Positions 22,807 through 32,770 of a stretch of 44,600 bases of DNA are shown here, one piece after another (position 1 is the first letter of the stretch; each line of letters begins with the position of its first letter). Origin of the DNA: an uncultured Victivallales bacterium. Lineage in GTDB: Bacteria; Verrucomicrobiota; Lentisphaeria; Victivallales; UBA1829. The notes under the pieces were generated by a model, which was not told the DNA's origin, made no database searches, and worked only from the letters and a program-made list of their open reading frames with translations. The DNA is taken from the NCBI GenBank assembly GCA_964462755.1, contig CAYWZD010000003.1, positions 1 to 44,600 on the forward strand. The letters run 5' to 3'. Both the position numbers and the translations under genes were made by a program.

Positions 22807-24582
22807 ATGAATTTCTCGATCGGACAAAACAAGGTTCGGCTCGACGGAAATGAAACCCAGATCCTTTCCGGAGCAATCCACTATTTCAGGACGCTCCCCG
22901 AACAATGGGAAGACCGTCTCCTGAAACTCAAACAGTGCGGCTTCAATACGGTCGAAACCTATCTGGCGTGGCACCTGCACGAAGTCAGGGAAGGCCAGTT
23001 CGACTTTTCCGGGCGTCTCGACTTCGCACGTTTCATCGAACTGGCCGGACGCCTAGGTCTGCTGGTGATGGTCCGTCCGGGCCCCTACATCTGTTCCGAA
23101 TGCGACCTCGGAGGACTTCCCGGCTGGCTGCTCGGCAAAGACGGGCTCCGGCTCCGCTGCGAAAACAAGATCTTTCTGAAATATGTCGAAAAATTCTTCA
23201 GCGAAGCCCTGCCGCGCCTCGCGCCTCTGCAATCCAGCCGGGGCGGTCCGCTGATCGCAATGCAGATCGAAAATGAATACGGCAGTTACGCCGCAGACAA
23301 AAAATATCTCCGGAGCCTCGAACGCATGATCCGTGCCAACGGCATCGACATTCAACTTTTTACCTCGGACGGCGACGGAGAGGCATGGCTCGCGCCGGGA
23401 ACACTTCCGGAAATTCCCGCCACGGTCAACTTCCGGAACCATCCCCGCGCCGCATTCAAAAAACTGGACGACTTCGACACCGGTTTTGCCAATGCCCACT
23501 TTGCGATGGAACTCTGGACCGGCAAAGCGTGGCATTGGGGAATCCCGCCTCAGCATCACGCCGGCAACGCCGTCGCGGAGGACATCCGGGAAATCATGGA
23601 AGACCGCGACTCCGTCAACTGCTACATGTTCCACGGAGGCACCAATTTCGGGTTCACGAGCGGCTCCAACTTCTTCGAAGGGACCTATTTTCCTCTCCTG
23701 ACCAGTTACGAAGTGGATTCCTTTCTTGATGAAGGCGGCAATCCGACCCCCAAATATTTCGCGGTCCAGAAAGTCATGGAGCAATACCGGCCGGGCAGCA
23801 CTGCCGCGCCCGCACCTTCCACCGCTGTTGAATTTCCCCCGGTCGAACTGACGGAATATGTCTCTCTTGCCGATTCGCTGGACGCGCTTTCCAAACCAAT
23901 CGAGCTCCCGCTGCCCGAGCCGATGGAACACTTCGGACAGTCCTTCGGATTCATCCAGTATTCAACGACCGTGAACCGGCGACACAGCGGAAAATACATC
24001 TTCCGGAACATGCGCGACCGCGCCATTCTTCTTCTGGACGGACAACCCTTTGCTACCATTTACCGTGGAGACGTGAATCAGGCGGTTTATCTGTCAGTGC
24101 CGCGGGACGGCGCCCGGCTCGACATCCTGATCGAAAACATGGGCCGTATTAATTTTAACACGGAAATGGAATACGAGCGCAAGGGCATGAACGGTTTCGA
24201 ACGCGACGGAAATGTCATGCAGCTCACGGATTGGACCATCCGCCCGCTGCCGCTCGACGACCTCCGGGATTTGAAATTCGGCACTCTTCCGGAAACGAAT
24301 TCCACGCCGGGCTTCTACAAGGGAACGCTGTCCGTGGAAAAGCCGGGCGACACGTTTCTCAAATTCCCGGAAGGCGTCCGCGGATACGTCTGGGTGAACG
24401 GTTTCAATCTGGGACGCTATTGGACCATCGGTCCGCAGAGAACCCTGTATCTCCCCTCTCCTCTTTTAAAGAAAGGAGAGAATGAGATCATTGTCTTCGA
24501 GCTTCACGGGTTGCGTTCCTTAAAGCTGCAATTTTCCGCCTCGCGGATTCTCGACCCCATGACAGAGATGTGCCTTTCCTGA
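22807..24582 (+). CDS. Glycoside hydrolase family 35 beta-galactosidase (no signal peptide)
   Basis: GAIHYFR, NTVETYLAWHLHE, GPYICSECDLGGLPGWLL and IAMQIENEYGSY are classic GH35 motifs. RBS AAGGAA before ATG 22807. Confidence 0.95.
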   Translation: MNFSIGQNKVRLDGNETQILSGAIHYFRTLPEQWEDRLLKLKQCGFNTVETYLAWHLHEVREGQFDFSGRLDFARFIELAGRLGLLVMVRPGPYICSECDLGGLPGWLLGKDGLRLRCENKIFLKYVEKFFSEALPRLAPLQSSRGGPLIAMQIENEYGSYAADKKYLRSLERMIRANGIDIQLFTSDGDGEAWLAPGTLPEIPATVNFRNHPRAAFKKLDDFDTGFANAHFAMELWTGKAWHWGIPPQHHAGNAVAEDIREIMEDRDSVNCYMFHGGTNFGFTSGSNFFEGTYFPLLTSYEVDSFLDEGGNPTPKYFAVQKVMEQYRPGSTAAPAPSTAVEFPPVELTEYVSLADSLDALSKPIELPLPEPMEHFGQSFGFIQYSTTVNRRHSGKYIFRNMRDRAILLLDGQPFATIYRGDVNQAVYLSVPRDGARLDILIENMGRINFNTEMEYERKGMNGFERDGNVMQLTDWTIRPLPLDDLRDLKFGTLPETNSTPGFYKGTLSVEKPGDTFLKFPEGVRGYVWVNGFNLGRYWTIGPQRTLYLPSPLLKKGENEIIVFELHGLRSLKLQFSASRILDPMTEMCLS

Positions 24583-24596
24583 AACGATTTTCTTTC

Positions 24597-24618
24597 CCGC
24601 CGGAGTCCTCTCCGGCGG
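24597..24618 (+). terminator. Strong hairpin after the GH35 gene (possible terminator)
   Basis: 9-bp stem CCGCCGGAG / CTCCGGCGG with a 4-nt loop. The T-rich tract begins only ~15 nt downstream. Confidence 0.45.
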
Positions 24619-24695
24619 AGTCGCCAAACGCCTTTCTTTTCTATTGAGCTCCTTGCCGGAGTTGAAAATTTTTCATAAATTTTTCTTTCCCGGGG

Positions 24696-24724
24696 TTGAC
24701 AACAACATGTTGTTGTGTTATAAT
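24696..24724 (+). promoter_or_regulatory. Consensus sigma70 promoter of the LacI gene with an embedded 18-bp perfect palindrome
   Basis: TTGACA, 17-nt spacer, TATAAT. ACAACAACATGTTGTTGT (24699-24716) spans the -35 box and spacer. Confidence 0.65.
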
Positions 24725-24750
24725 TGACCTAGAAACAAGAGAGAATATTC

Positions 24751-25779
24751 ATGGAAAAAGGCTGCAACATCCGCGAAGTCGCCACAAAGGCGGGAGTGTC
24801 GCCCGGCACGGTTTCGAGGGTTCTGAACAACCGCATGGGCAAGATGCAGGTTTCGGAAGCTACCCGGAAACTGATCTTTCAATGCGCCGAGGAACTGGAT
24901 TACCAGCCGAACATCAATGCGCGTCGTCTCTTTTCCAAACGCAGCGGCGTTCTCGGCTTCGTGATTCCTTCCTTCCGGGAAGTCCACAAGAACGTTTTCG
25001 GAGACATCCATATCATCAACCTTCTGAACGGAATCGAAGAAGTTCTGGCTGTCCGCAAATACAAGCTCATGGTCCTTTTCAAAGACCGTGAGTTCATCGA
25101 CTCGCACGATTATCTCTCGCTTTTCCGGAGCAAACAGGTGGACGGTCTGCTGATCTGGGGCTCCCACCGCAGTGAAACCTTCTGGAATGAACTCTCCGAA
25201 CGCAGCTATCCGCACGTTTTCGTCACAACCTATCCGGATGGCCTTCAGCGCATGGATTCCGTGTTCGCCGCCGACTATACAGGCGCCGGATATGACATCA
25301 TGAACTATCTGCTGAAGAAAAAATACAAAAACATCCTCTGGGCAAAACCTCAGGACGACACCTCGATTTCCTCTGAAATCAAGGCGGGAATCGACAAGTC
25401 GCTCCGGGAAAATCCGGGAATGTGCCAGTTCCTGGAAATTCCCTGTCCGTATTCCCAGTTCGCAGGGTATGAACTGATGGAGAAAATTCACCGCACCCGT
25501 CTGGATTTTTCCGTTGTGCTGTTCACCAGCCTTGAAACTGCGACCGGAGCCATGGACTACTGCGCCAAGCATGGAATCCGGGTCCCGGAAGAGATCGCCG
25601 TGGCGGCGTGCGACAGCCCCGCAGCCAATGAGTCCGTAACCCGGATCACAGCGCCCGCCGTGGACGACTGTCTGCTCGGAATCAATGCCGTGGAGGCGCT
25701 GGTTGCATCGATCGAAAACAGGGAGTGCCGTCAGAACAACCGCACCAGAATGATCCTGAACTCCGGAGACACCGCATAA
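24751..25779 (+). CDS. LacI-family transcriptional regulator
   Basis: N-terminal HTH NIREVATKAGVSPGTVSRVLNN, followed by a PBP1 sugar-binding fold. Confidence 0.95.
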   Translation: MEKGCNIREVATKAGVSPGTVSRVLNNRMGKMQVSEATRKLIFQCAEELDYQPNINARRLFSKRSGVLGFVIPSFREVHKNVFGDIHIINLLNGIEEVLAVRKYKLMVLFKDREFIDSHDYLSLFRSKQVDGLLIWGSHRSETFWNELSERSYPHVFVTTYPDGLQRMDSVFAADYTGAGYDIMNYLLKKKYKNILWAKPQDDTSISSEIKAGIDKSLRENPGMCQFLEIPCPYSQFAGYELMEKIHRTRLDFSVVLFTSLETATGAMDYCAKHGIRVPEEIAVAACDSPAANESVTRITAPAVDDCLLGINAVEALVASIENRECRQNNRTRMILNSGDTA

Positions 25780-25802
25780 ATTCTTTTGAGAAAATGGAAG
25801 AT

Positions 25803-25833
25803 TTGAACTGATTGAGTTTTTGATTGTAATCAA
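25803..25833 (+). promoter_or_regulatory. Candidate promoter plus operator of the eight-gene operon
   Basis: TTGAAC, 18-nt spacer, TAATCA. The inverted repeat TTGATTgtAATCAA (25820-25833) overlaps the -10 box. Confidence 0.4.
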
Positions 25834-25847
25834 CGAGGAGAAACAAG

Positions 25848-28800
25848 ATGAGAAGAACAATCCAGGCATCGCTTCTGCTGGTCTTTGCCGTTCTGTTCCG
25901 GGCGGAAGCGCAGAACACTCAAATCGACTTCGCAAATCCGGAAATCCCCGCCATGAAAGCCAACAGCAGGATCAAGGTGGAGGACGGCATCCTGAAAATC
26001 AACAACGGAGGAACTGCCGTCTTCCATATCGGGTCGGCAAATCCGCTCAGGATCACCTTCCGGACGAAAGTCGTGAAGGTTATGGAGAGCAAAAACGCAC
26101 CGTGCTGGATTTTCAATCTCTACGGTATGGATACGGAAGACGGTTTGTTCCGCTGGCGGAAAGACAATGTGCTGGAATCCTATTTCTATAAGAACAAGCA
26201 GCGCAAAGGCGGCATCATCACCAAAGTCGCGTTCATCGACGGAAAGTGGTTCAACGTCGAAATCATTCTTCTGAAAAACCTTGTCAGCGTCAAACTCGAC
26301 GGCACGGAAGTCGCCAACGGCAAGCATCCCGGATTCCTGCCGCTGAAAGAATTTTCCTTCTCGGCTTTCAATATGGACTGGGAACTCGACGATCTGGCCG
26401 TAGCGGAAATCCCGCAGGAAAAACAGCAGACGGTTGAAAATCCCACCTTCTCCCTTGACTTCAACGGGACATCCTTTGCGGTCAATGACAAAGGGGAAAA
26501 GATTTCTCCGCTGAAGGAAGGCGCCCCCCGCTTCGTTCCCGGAATCGACGGCAAGGGAATTTCCCTGGCAAAAGGGGGAAAAGAGACGCTTTCCTATCCT
26601 CTGACCAATCCGTTCAACAGCAAGGTCGGGGGAATCCTCTTCTGGGTCAAGTCCGATCCCAAAGACGGAACCCCCATTTTCCGTATGACGGACGGCAAAA
26701 ATGAAAAAATCTCCGCCCATCTGCTCGGAAATAAGCGTATCATCATCAACGTCGCCCGCTCGGATACAAAACAGGGGCTCGGATACAACCGCTCTTTTCC
26801 CGGTGAACTCGGAGACTGGGTTCTTGTCGCCCTGACCTGGGACGAGGAATCGAATTCAAAGTTCTTCATCAATTCCCTGCCCTATACCGTCTGCTTCAAT
26901 CCCGGACAGCGCATGCCGGACTTTCTCAATGCAGATGTCAACGGGATCACCCGTCTGGAAATCCCGGGCGGAAAAGGCGACTGGGCGCTGGATCGCGTCC
27001 GTCTCTTTCACCGCCCCCTGAAAAACAGCGACGTCTATGACGAATACCGCCGCTTCATGCCGTTCGACATGGTGATGGAACGCACGATCGTTCCCGCCGG
27101 TTCACCCGTGAAACTTTCGGTTCAGGTCGCGCCCGGCGGATACTATACGCGTCCGATGCCGGTGGAGAAATCCGAACTCAGCAAGGGCAAGGGAGAATTT
27201 CAATTCCGCCTTCTGGACAAGGACGGAAAAGTCCTTCTTGACGAGAAGAAAAGCGCTCTCGTGGACAAACCGCTCGACCTAGTTCTCAAGGATGTCACTC
27301 TCGGCACAGGCAATTACAGGCTCGAATGCACCGTCAACAATGCCTACAGACGCACCTTCCGGATCGACAGCTTTACATCCGACTACAAAGCGGCGGTCTC
27401 GAAAGACGACATCCGGACCGGAAAACTCCTTTATTCCAAAAAGCTGGACAACCCGAACGATCCCGCCCTCCTCCATCAGGGAACCACTCATCTTTCCCCC
27501 GACAAGTCCTATCTGGAGGCGGGAAACGACAAGACGGACCGCTTCTGCTTTGAAATTCCGTTCCGTCCGGAACAGCTCGGCAAGCCCGTGGTTCTGGACA
27601 TCACCTGGCCGGATGACAAGATGCGCATCATGGGCTGGTATATGTATCCCTACGGTTTCGGCGCCAACCGGGACCGTCTCCAGAGCGGCGTTTCCAGCGG
27701 GAACGAAATCCCGAACTCCGGCAAAATGCAGACCACCCGTCATATTTTCTATCCCGGAACCTCCAAATATCTTTTCGAGGCGCGCACACTGGCGGCCGGA
27801 ATGCCCGCCGCCGTGGCGGAAGTTAAAGTGTATGAAATCGAAGGCGGTCTGCCCGCGTTGAAAATTCACCGCCCCGCAAATATGCCCTGCCGCAAGTTCG
27901 GCTTCTACGATGAGGACCAGACCTTCACCAACAACCTCAATGTCGACGTCATGAACCGCAAATCGCCGGCCTATCCGGAATTCAGCAGGAAATATCCGTC
28001 CGAAACAGCCTTCTTCACCGATGAAATCATGCACTATTTCGACTACACCGGAATGAACTCGCTGCACTCTCCCCTCTGGCGTTATTCCATCAGTTATTTC
28101 CCGGTCGAGGGTCAGACCGGCAACGGAATGTTTCCCGGAGGCGGCGGCGCGCTCGGATATGCGTTCGACGCCTTCGCACAGCATGGTAAAAAATTCATCG
28201 CCATCATGAACTACTCCAACCTTCCGGATCTGCTTCAGCTGGATAAGATCGAATCGGACTACCGGAAGGAAGGACTTGAAACCCTTGACAAATTCGGCGA
28301 CGGCATTCCTCAATACAGCGCGGGAATCCACCGTGCGAATATCTGCCATCCGAAGGTGCTTGCCCTCTTCGCCTCCTACTTCGAGGACCCCGTCAAACGC
28401 TATGGGAACAGCCCCGGTTTCGACGGCATCGAATACTGGCTCAACCATTTCGGAAACTGGGGTTCTCTGGACTATGGATACGATGACTACACCGTCCGGA
28501 AGTTCAGCCGCGAAACCGGAATCAAAGTTCCGGAAAAACTCAAGGACCGCTATGCCTTCCTGACGGGCGAAAAACGGAAGGAATGGCTGAAATGGCGTTC
28601 GGAACAGGTGACCCATGTCGTGCAAATGGTCCGCGACATTCTCAACAAATACAATCCTGCCCTGAAACTCTACCTCGGTGTCAGCCAGACGCCCGACAAC
28701 TATGAACAATACGGCATCGACCTGAAGTCGATCAAGAAGATTCCGAACGTCGCAATCTCGGTCGTCCGTTCCCCGACCGCCTACCGCCACGCCTTCCACT

Positions 28801-30149
28801 GGGGCAAGCCCGAAACCACGGACAATGAGGAGCTTTACAATCTCGCGGACAAAGACATCCAGAATTACCTCATGGACGGCGCCGCCGGAGTCGTGATCTC
28901 CGCAAACACTTATTTCGAGACATTCGTGCATCCTCTGAACAAGGATTACGTCTGCTATTTCGAAAATGCGGACATCAAACCGCACGGACGTTTCTGTCTC
29001 CGCGAACCCGCATTCGCGATCGGCGCGTTCGACGCTCTCGAATACGTCTCCGGCGGACAGCCCCTCGGAAGCATCGGGCGCGACGCCGAAACCCGCGAAT
29101 TCGCACAGGCTTACGGTGCGCTTCCCGCGAAGAAGTTCAACCTTGTCCCCGGCATCACCGATCCAGCCGTTGCGCGCTTCCTCCAGACGCCGGAAGGCAC
29201 CTACTTCTATGTCGTCAACCTCTTCCATGACGATGTGACGGTCCGTATTGACTTCAGCCGGAACCTTCCCTACATCGATCTCTCCACGGATCAGAAATTG
29301 TCCGGCGGAACGATCGTCCTGAAGCCGTTCCAGCTCCGTTCCTTCCTCTTCCCGAATGAAAAAGTCGAACTCAAAAAACTGGAATTCGTCAGCGTCGGAA
29401 AAGAGACCGTTCCCTTCTACCGGAAACGGATCGCCGCGCTGAAAGCCGCCGCGGACATGCTGGAAAAAGGAAAAGTCGATGTCGCCGAGGAACGCAAAGA
29501 CATCGCCCTTCTCGAAAAAGCGTTTGCGGAAAATCGTTTCGCGGAGGTGACGCGCCTCGCCTTCTGCCGCCGCATGAACCAGCTTCTGATCAAGGAAAAG
29601 AACATTGCCCTTCTCATCCGGCAGCAGAAAATGATGGATCAGGGACATTACGCGGTCAACTGCGGGTCGTCTTCCTTCTACACGGCCCCGGACGGACGCT
29701 TCTTTTTCCCGGATCAGGCATTCAACGGCAAATACGGCTATTTCGGAACGTACAATTCCATCACACGGGAAACGAAAGGGCTGCACGGCACGGATCTCCC
29801 GGAACTTTTCAAAACCGAAGCCTACTCTCTTCATGGGTATAAATTCAAACTTCCAAACGGGATTTACAAAATAATCTTTCACATGAAGGCCGGGTTCAAT
29901 CCGAACTACAAGCCGGGCGTCTACCGTTTCACTGTTTCGGCCAACGGAAAACCGATCCTGAACAGCATCGACCTCCATGAAGCCTCGGGCGGGGATTTCA
30001 ACAAGGCGCTGAAATTCACCGCCGGAGGAATACCCGTCACAAACGGCGAACTCGTCCTGAACTATCGGATCAATCCGGACGAACGCGATAAAACAAAAAA
30101 CACGACCGTCTGCCTCGCGAACGGCATCGAGATCATCAAAGAAAAATAA
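25848..30149 (+). CDS. Giant secreted protein: DUF1080/LamG-like, Laminin_G_3-like, large central region of unknown family, C-terminal malectin-like domain
   Basis: Signal peptide MRRTIQASLLLVFAVLFRAEAQ. LamG pattern GGILFWVKSDP...GDWVLVALTWDEESNSKFFIN. Malectin pattern YAVNCGSSSFYTAPDGRFFFPDQAF...YKFKLPNGIYKIIFHM. RBS GAGGAGAA. Confidence 0.9.
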   Translation: MRRTIQASLLLVFAVLFRAEAQNTQIDFANPEIPAMKANSRIKVEDGILKINNGGTAVFHIGSANPLRITFRTKVVKVMESKNAPCWIFNLYGMDTEDGLFRWRKDNVLESYFYKNKQRKGGIITKVAFIDGKWFNVEIILLKNLVSVKLDGTEVANGKHPGFLPLKEFSFSAFNMDWELDDLAVAEIPQEKQQTVENPTFSLDFNGTSFAVNDKGEKISPLKEGAPRFVPGIDGKGISLAKGGKETLSYPLTNPFNSKVGGILFWVKSDPKDGTPIFRMTDGKNEKISAHLLGNKRIIINVARSDTKQGLGYNRSFPGELGDWVLVALTWDEESNSKFFINSLPYTVCFNPGQRMPDFLNADVNGITRLEIPGGKGDWALDRVRLFHRPLKNSDVYDEYRRFMPFDMVMERTIVPAGSPVKLSVQVAPGGYYTRPMPVEKSELSKGKGEFQFRLLDKDGKVLLDEKKSALVDKPLDLVLKDVTLGTGNYRLECTVNNAYRRTFRIDSFTSDYKAAVSKDDIRTGKLLYSKKLDNPNDPALLHQGTTHLSPDKSYLEAGNDKTDRFCFEIPFRPEQLGKPVVLDITWPDDKMRIMGWYMYPYGFGANRDRLQSGVSSGNEIPNSGKMQTTRHIFYPGTSKYLFEARTLAAGMPAAVAEVKVYEIEGGLPALKIHRPANMPCRKFGFYDEDQTFTNNLNVDVMNRKSPAYPEFSRKYPSETAFFTDEIMHYFDYTGMNSLHSPLWRYSISYFPVEGQTGNGMFPGGGGALGYAFDAFAQHGKKFIAIMNYSNLPDLLQLDKIESDYRKEGLETLDKFGDGIPQYSAGIHRANICHPKVLALFASYFEDPVKRYGNSPGFDGIEYWLNHFGNWGSLDYGYDDYTVRKFSRETGIKVPEKLKDRYAFLTGEKRKEWLKWRSEQVTHVVQMVRDILNKYNPALKLYLGVSQTPDNYEQYGIDLKSIKKIPNVAISVVRSPTAYRHAFHWGKPETTDNEELYNLADKDIQNYLMDGAAGVVISANTYFETFVHPLNKDYVCYFENADIKPHGRFCLREPAFAIGAFDALEYVSGGQPLGSIGRDAETREFAQAYGALPAKKFNLVPGITDPAVARFLQTPEGTYFYVVNLFHDDVTVRIDFSRNLPYIDLSTDQKLSGGTIVLKPFQLRSFLFPNEKVELKKLEFVSVGKETVPFYRKRIAALKAAADMLEKGKVDVAEERKDIALLEKAFAENRFAEVTRLAFCRRMNQLLIKEKNIALLIRQQKMMDQGHYAVNCGSSSFYTAPDGRFFFPDQAFNGKYGYFGTYNSITRETKGLHGTDLPELFKTEAYSLHGYKFKLPNGIYKIIFHMKAGFNPNYKPGVYRFTVSANGKPILNSIDLHEASGGDFNKALKFTAGGIPVTNGELVLNYRINPDERDKTKNTTVCLANGIEIIKEK

Positions 30150-30161
30150 GGAAGCTTTCCG

Positions 30162-30923
30162 ATGAAAAAGAAATTCCTCATGCTTCCGGTGTTCGCAGGG
30201 CTTCTCGGTCTTTGCGCCTGCGCCCATACGGAATCCCTCGTGGCGGAATACACCGCGTCCGATCCCGGCACGGATCCCTCCTCCAAAGCATGGCAGCGGA
30301 CGGATGCCTATCCGTTCCTTCCCTATTCGGCAGGCCCGTGGTATGAGGAAATCGAACAGGCTTCCGGAATGAAGGGACACGTTCTTGAACCGGGCAACGT
30401 CCGTCTGCTCTGGAACCGGAAATTCCTGTACGTATGTATCACAATGAAAGACAGCGATCTGGCGGATCAGTCCCTCCGCGACCAGACCCATATTTTCACG
30501 CAGGCAGACACCGTGGAATTGTTTCTCCGGGAGGAAAACCATCCCTGCTACTGGGAGATTTACGGAAGCGCCGCCGGACGCAAAACCTGTTATTTCTTTG
30601 CCGGACGCGGTCTGCTCGGTCTGCCGGGAAACAATGTCTATGAACATCAGATCGAGGTCCGCGCCGTCTGCGATGGCACGCTCAACAAAGGAACCGACAG
30701 GGACCGTTCCTGGACGCTCTTCTTCAAGATCCCCGAGGAAAACCTGACGAGGCACGGAACGGAATGGAAACCGGGCGCGAAGTGGAGAATCCTCTTCGTC
30801 CGCCACAATTATTCCGTGTATCTCCCCAGCCGGGAGGTGAGCGTGTGTCCGGCGTTCAATGCGAAAAATCCGCACTTTTACGAGGAATATGGAAAACTGA
30901 TTCTGGCTCCGCCGGAAAAATGA
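30162..30923 (+). CDS. CBM9-like lipoprotein
   Basis: MKKKFLMLPVFAGLLGLCAC lipobox-like signal. CBM9/DOMON-like WNRKFLYVCITMKD...ADTVELFLREENHPCYWEIY. Confidence 0.8.
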   Translation: MKKKFLMLPVFAGLLGLCACAHTESLVAEYTASDPGTDPSSKAWQRTDAYPFLPYSAGPWYEEIEQASGMKGHVLEPGNVRLLWNRKFLYVCITMKDSDLADQSLRDQTHIFTQADTVELFLREENHPCYWEIYGSAAGRKTCYFFAGRGLLGLPGNNVYEHQIEVRAVCDGTLNKGTDRDRSWTLFFKIPEENLTRHGTEWKPGAKWRILFVRHNYSVYLPSREVSVCPAFNAKNPHFYEEYGKLILAPPEK

Positions 30924-30945
30924 TAAACTCGAAGGATTGGTTCTC

Positions 30946-31917
30946 ATGGAAAACAGTGTGAAACATTTCAAACTCTCCTATCCCGCGTGGAGCGTCACGT
31001 GGAACGGAAAAACCATCTGCAAGCGTCCGACGGAGGACTTCATCACGCAGATCGAGGACTTGAAATCAGTCGGCATCGACGAGCTGATGCTGACTGGATA
31101 TCATTGCGAAGAACCTGCGGATTTCGACATGGATGAGGAAACGCTCCGGCTCGGAAACCTTCTGCGCGAACGGGGCATGAAGGGGGCGCAGCACCATTCT
31201 CTCACCAGCTTTTACACCACCCCCGGAGAATCGCAGGACGAAGTGATCCGCCGGATGAAAAAATGCATAGACTACACGGCGAACCTGAACACGGATGTCG
31301 TAGTCTTCCACGCAATGAAATTTCTGGGAAGCACGGATGCCGGAAAGGATGTCGAGCGCGACCTGAAAGAAGCCATCCGCAAGACCTCTGCGGACGCGGT
31401 CATGGAAACGCTCTGCTCCAATCTTCATGCCGCCGGAGAATACGCGAAGGAACGCGGCGTGCGGATCGCCGTCGAAAATCTCGACCGTTTCACGCCTTGG
31501 TGCGGGATGGAACACCTTCCGGAAATCGTGCGGGGCGCGGACTCGGAGGCGGTCGGGTTCTGCCTCGATACAGGCCACGCGTGGTGCGGCGGAATCGATC
31601 CGGCGAAGTGGGTGCCGGTCATGGGAGACAAACTCTTCACAACGCATGTCCACGACAATCACGGGCTTCCGGAAAAATTCATCGGATACGACGGCCTCAT
31701 CGACGTCGTCAACGAGCCTCTGGACGAACATCTCCCGCCCGGATTCGGCACGATCTCATGGAAGGATTTCATCCGCGCCCTCTGGAAACTCGGATATGAC
31801 CGGACCGTCAATTTCGAGTCCAACGGCTGGCCCGGTCTGGAAAAGAAGGATTCTTACGAGTGCGCCATCCAATTCTGGAGAACCTGCGAACTGCTTTCGA
31901 TCCAACGGATAAAATGA
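30946..31917 (+). CDS. Sugar phosphate isomerase/epimerase (xylose-isomerase-like TIM barrel)
   Basis: [22 protein letters not shown] and HVHDNHG metal-ligand pattern. RBS GAAGGA before ATG 30946; the ORF-track TTG at 30937 is less likely. Confidence 0.85.
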   Translation: MENSVKHFKLSYPAWSVTWNGKTICKRPTEDFITQIEDLKSVGIDELMLTGYHCEEPADFDMDEETLRLGNLLRERGMKGAQHHSLTSFYTTPGESQDEVIRRMKKCIDYTANLNTDVVVFHAMKFLGSTDAGKDVERDLKEAIRKTSADAVMETLCSNLHAAGEYAKERGVRIAVENLDRFTPWCGMEHLPEIVRGADSEAVGFCLDTGHAWCGGIDPAKWVPVMGDKLFTTHVHDNHGLPEKFIGYDGLIDVVNEPLDEHLPPGFGTISWKDFIRALWKLGYDRTVNFESNGWPGLEKKDSYECAIQFWRTCELLSIQRIK

Positions 31918-31931
31918 GAAGGGAGTGCATC

Positions 31932-32747
31932 ATGAAGAGAGAAAAGAGGGGGTTCACATTAATAGAACTCCTGGTCGTGGTTTCAATCATCGCGATTCTG
32001 GCGGGACTTCTGCTTCCGGCGCTGACCCGGGCGCGCGACATGGCGAAACGCATCAGCTGTCATTCCAACGTCCGGAACCTGAACCTTTGGAACATCTCCT
32101 ATTCCAGTGATTCCGGGGGTTGGTCGACTCCTTATGCCCTGCTGGGAAAAAGATGGTATGACCTTTTCAACACGCTCGGTTATTCGGGAACAGTCTCCGT
32201 GACGGTCAATTCGAATAAGAAAAACATCAATTACATCTTCCTCAAGATGCGCTGTCCGTCGAACCGTCTGACGCAGGAAGGCGTGGTGGCTGCCCATCCC
32301 GCCGACTGGTTCAATTATTTCAGCACGATTGCCTCTTACGGACTCAACGGCAACATGGGATATACTGAATCCTCGTCGCCCCTTTCCTCGGTCAACCTCA
32401 TCAAAACCGCCAGAGTCAAACATCCATCCCGCCGTCTGGTCTTCGCCGACAAGGCGGAAGCCGTGGCATCAAGCGACCTGATGGCATGTATCGACGGCTC
32501 AAACCGTCCGATTCACGACCGTCACAACCGTTCGACTCCCATCGGTTTTCTGGATGGACATGCGGAATCGCGCGACCCGGCCAAGGTCAATCCGCTCGGA
32601 ACGGTTGTCGGTTCCTGCAATCCTTATAACAACAGCATCGTTACACCAACCATCGTATCAGGAACGCTCAATACGTCTCCCGTCGACCTCCGGTATCTGT
32701 GGGGGATGAACGGAGGCATCGGCGACTACCGTTACGATTACCCGTAA
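31932..32747 (+). CDS. Prepilin-type N-terminal helix protein, H-X9-DG family (canonical Gly at -1)
   Basis: [37 protein letters not shown]-terminal [25 protein letters not shown] before ATG 31932. Confidence 0.9.
   Translation: MKREKRGFTLIELLVVVSIIAILAGLLLPALTRARDMAKRISCHSNVRNLNLWNISYSSDSGGWSTPYALLGKRWYDLFNTLGYSGTVSVTVNSNKKNINYIFLKMRCPSNRLTQEGVVAAHPADWFNYFSTIASYGLNGNMGYTESSSPLSSVNLIKTARVKHPSRRLVFADKAEAVASSDLMACIDGSNRPIHDRHNRSTPIGFLDGHAESRDPAKVNPLGTVVGSCNPYNNSIVTPTIVSGTLNTSPVDLRYLWGMNGGIGDYRYDYP
31953..32036 (+). repeat. Dispersed prepilin-helix repeat (copy 4 of 4)
   Basis: Encodes [28 protein letters not shown]. About four fifths of nucleotides are identical to copy 1 by manual count. Confidence 0.8.
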
Positions 32748-32770
32748 ACAAGAAAGACCGCATCCATAAA

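Noticed and set aside
27279-30971. 1230-aa ORF on the minus strand
   Set aside because: It is antisense to the 1433-aa gene and its neighbours, which have a signal peptide, LamG and malectin motifs and an RBS. The antisense product is Arg/Gly/Phe/Val-rich (FRxxR-type strings) with no recognisable domain, no RBS and no sensible neighbours. It is a typical shadow ORF of GC-rich coding DNA.
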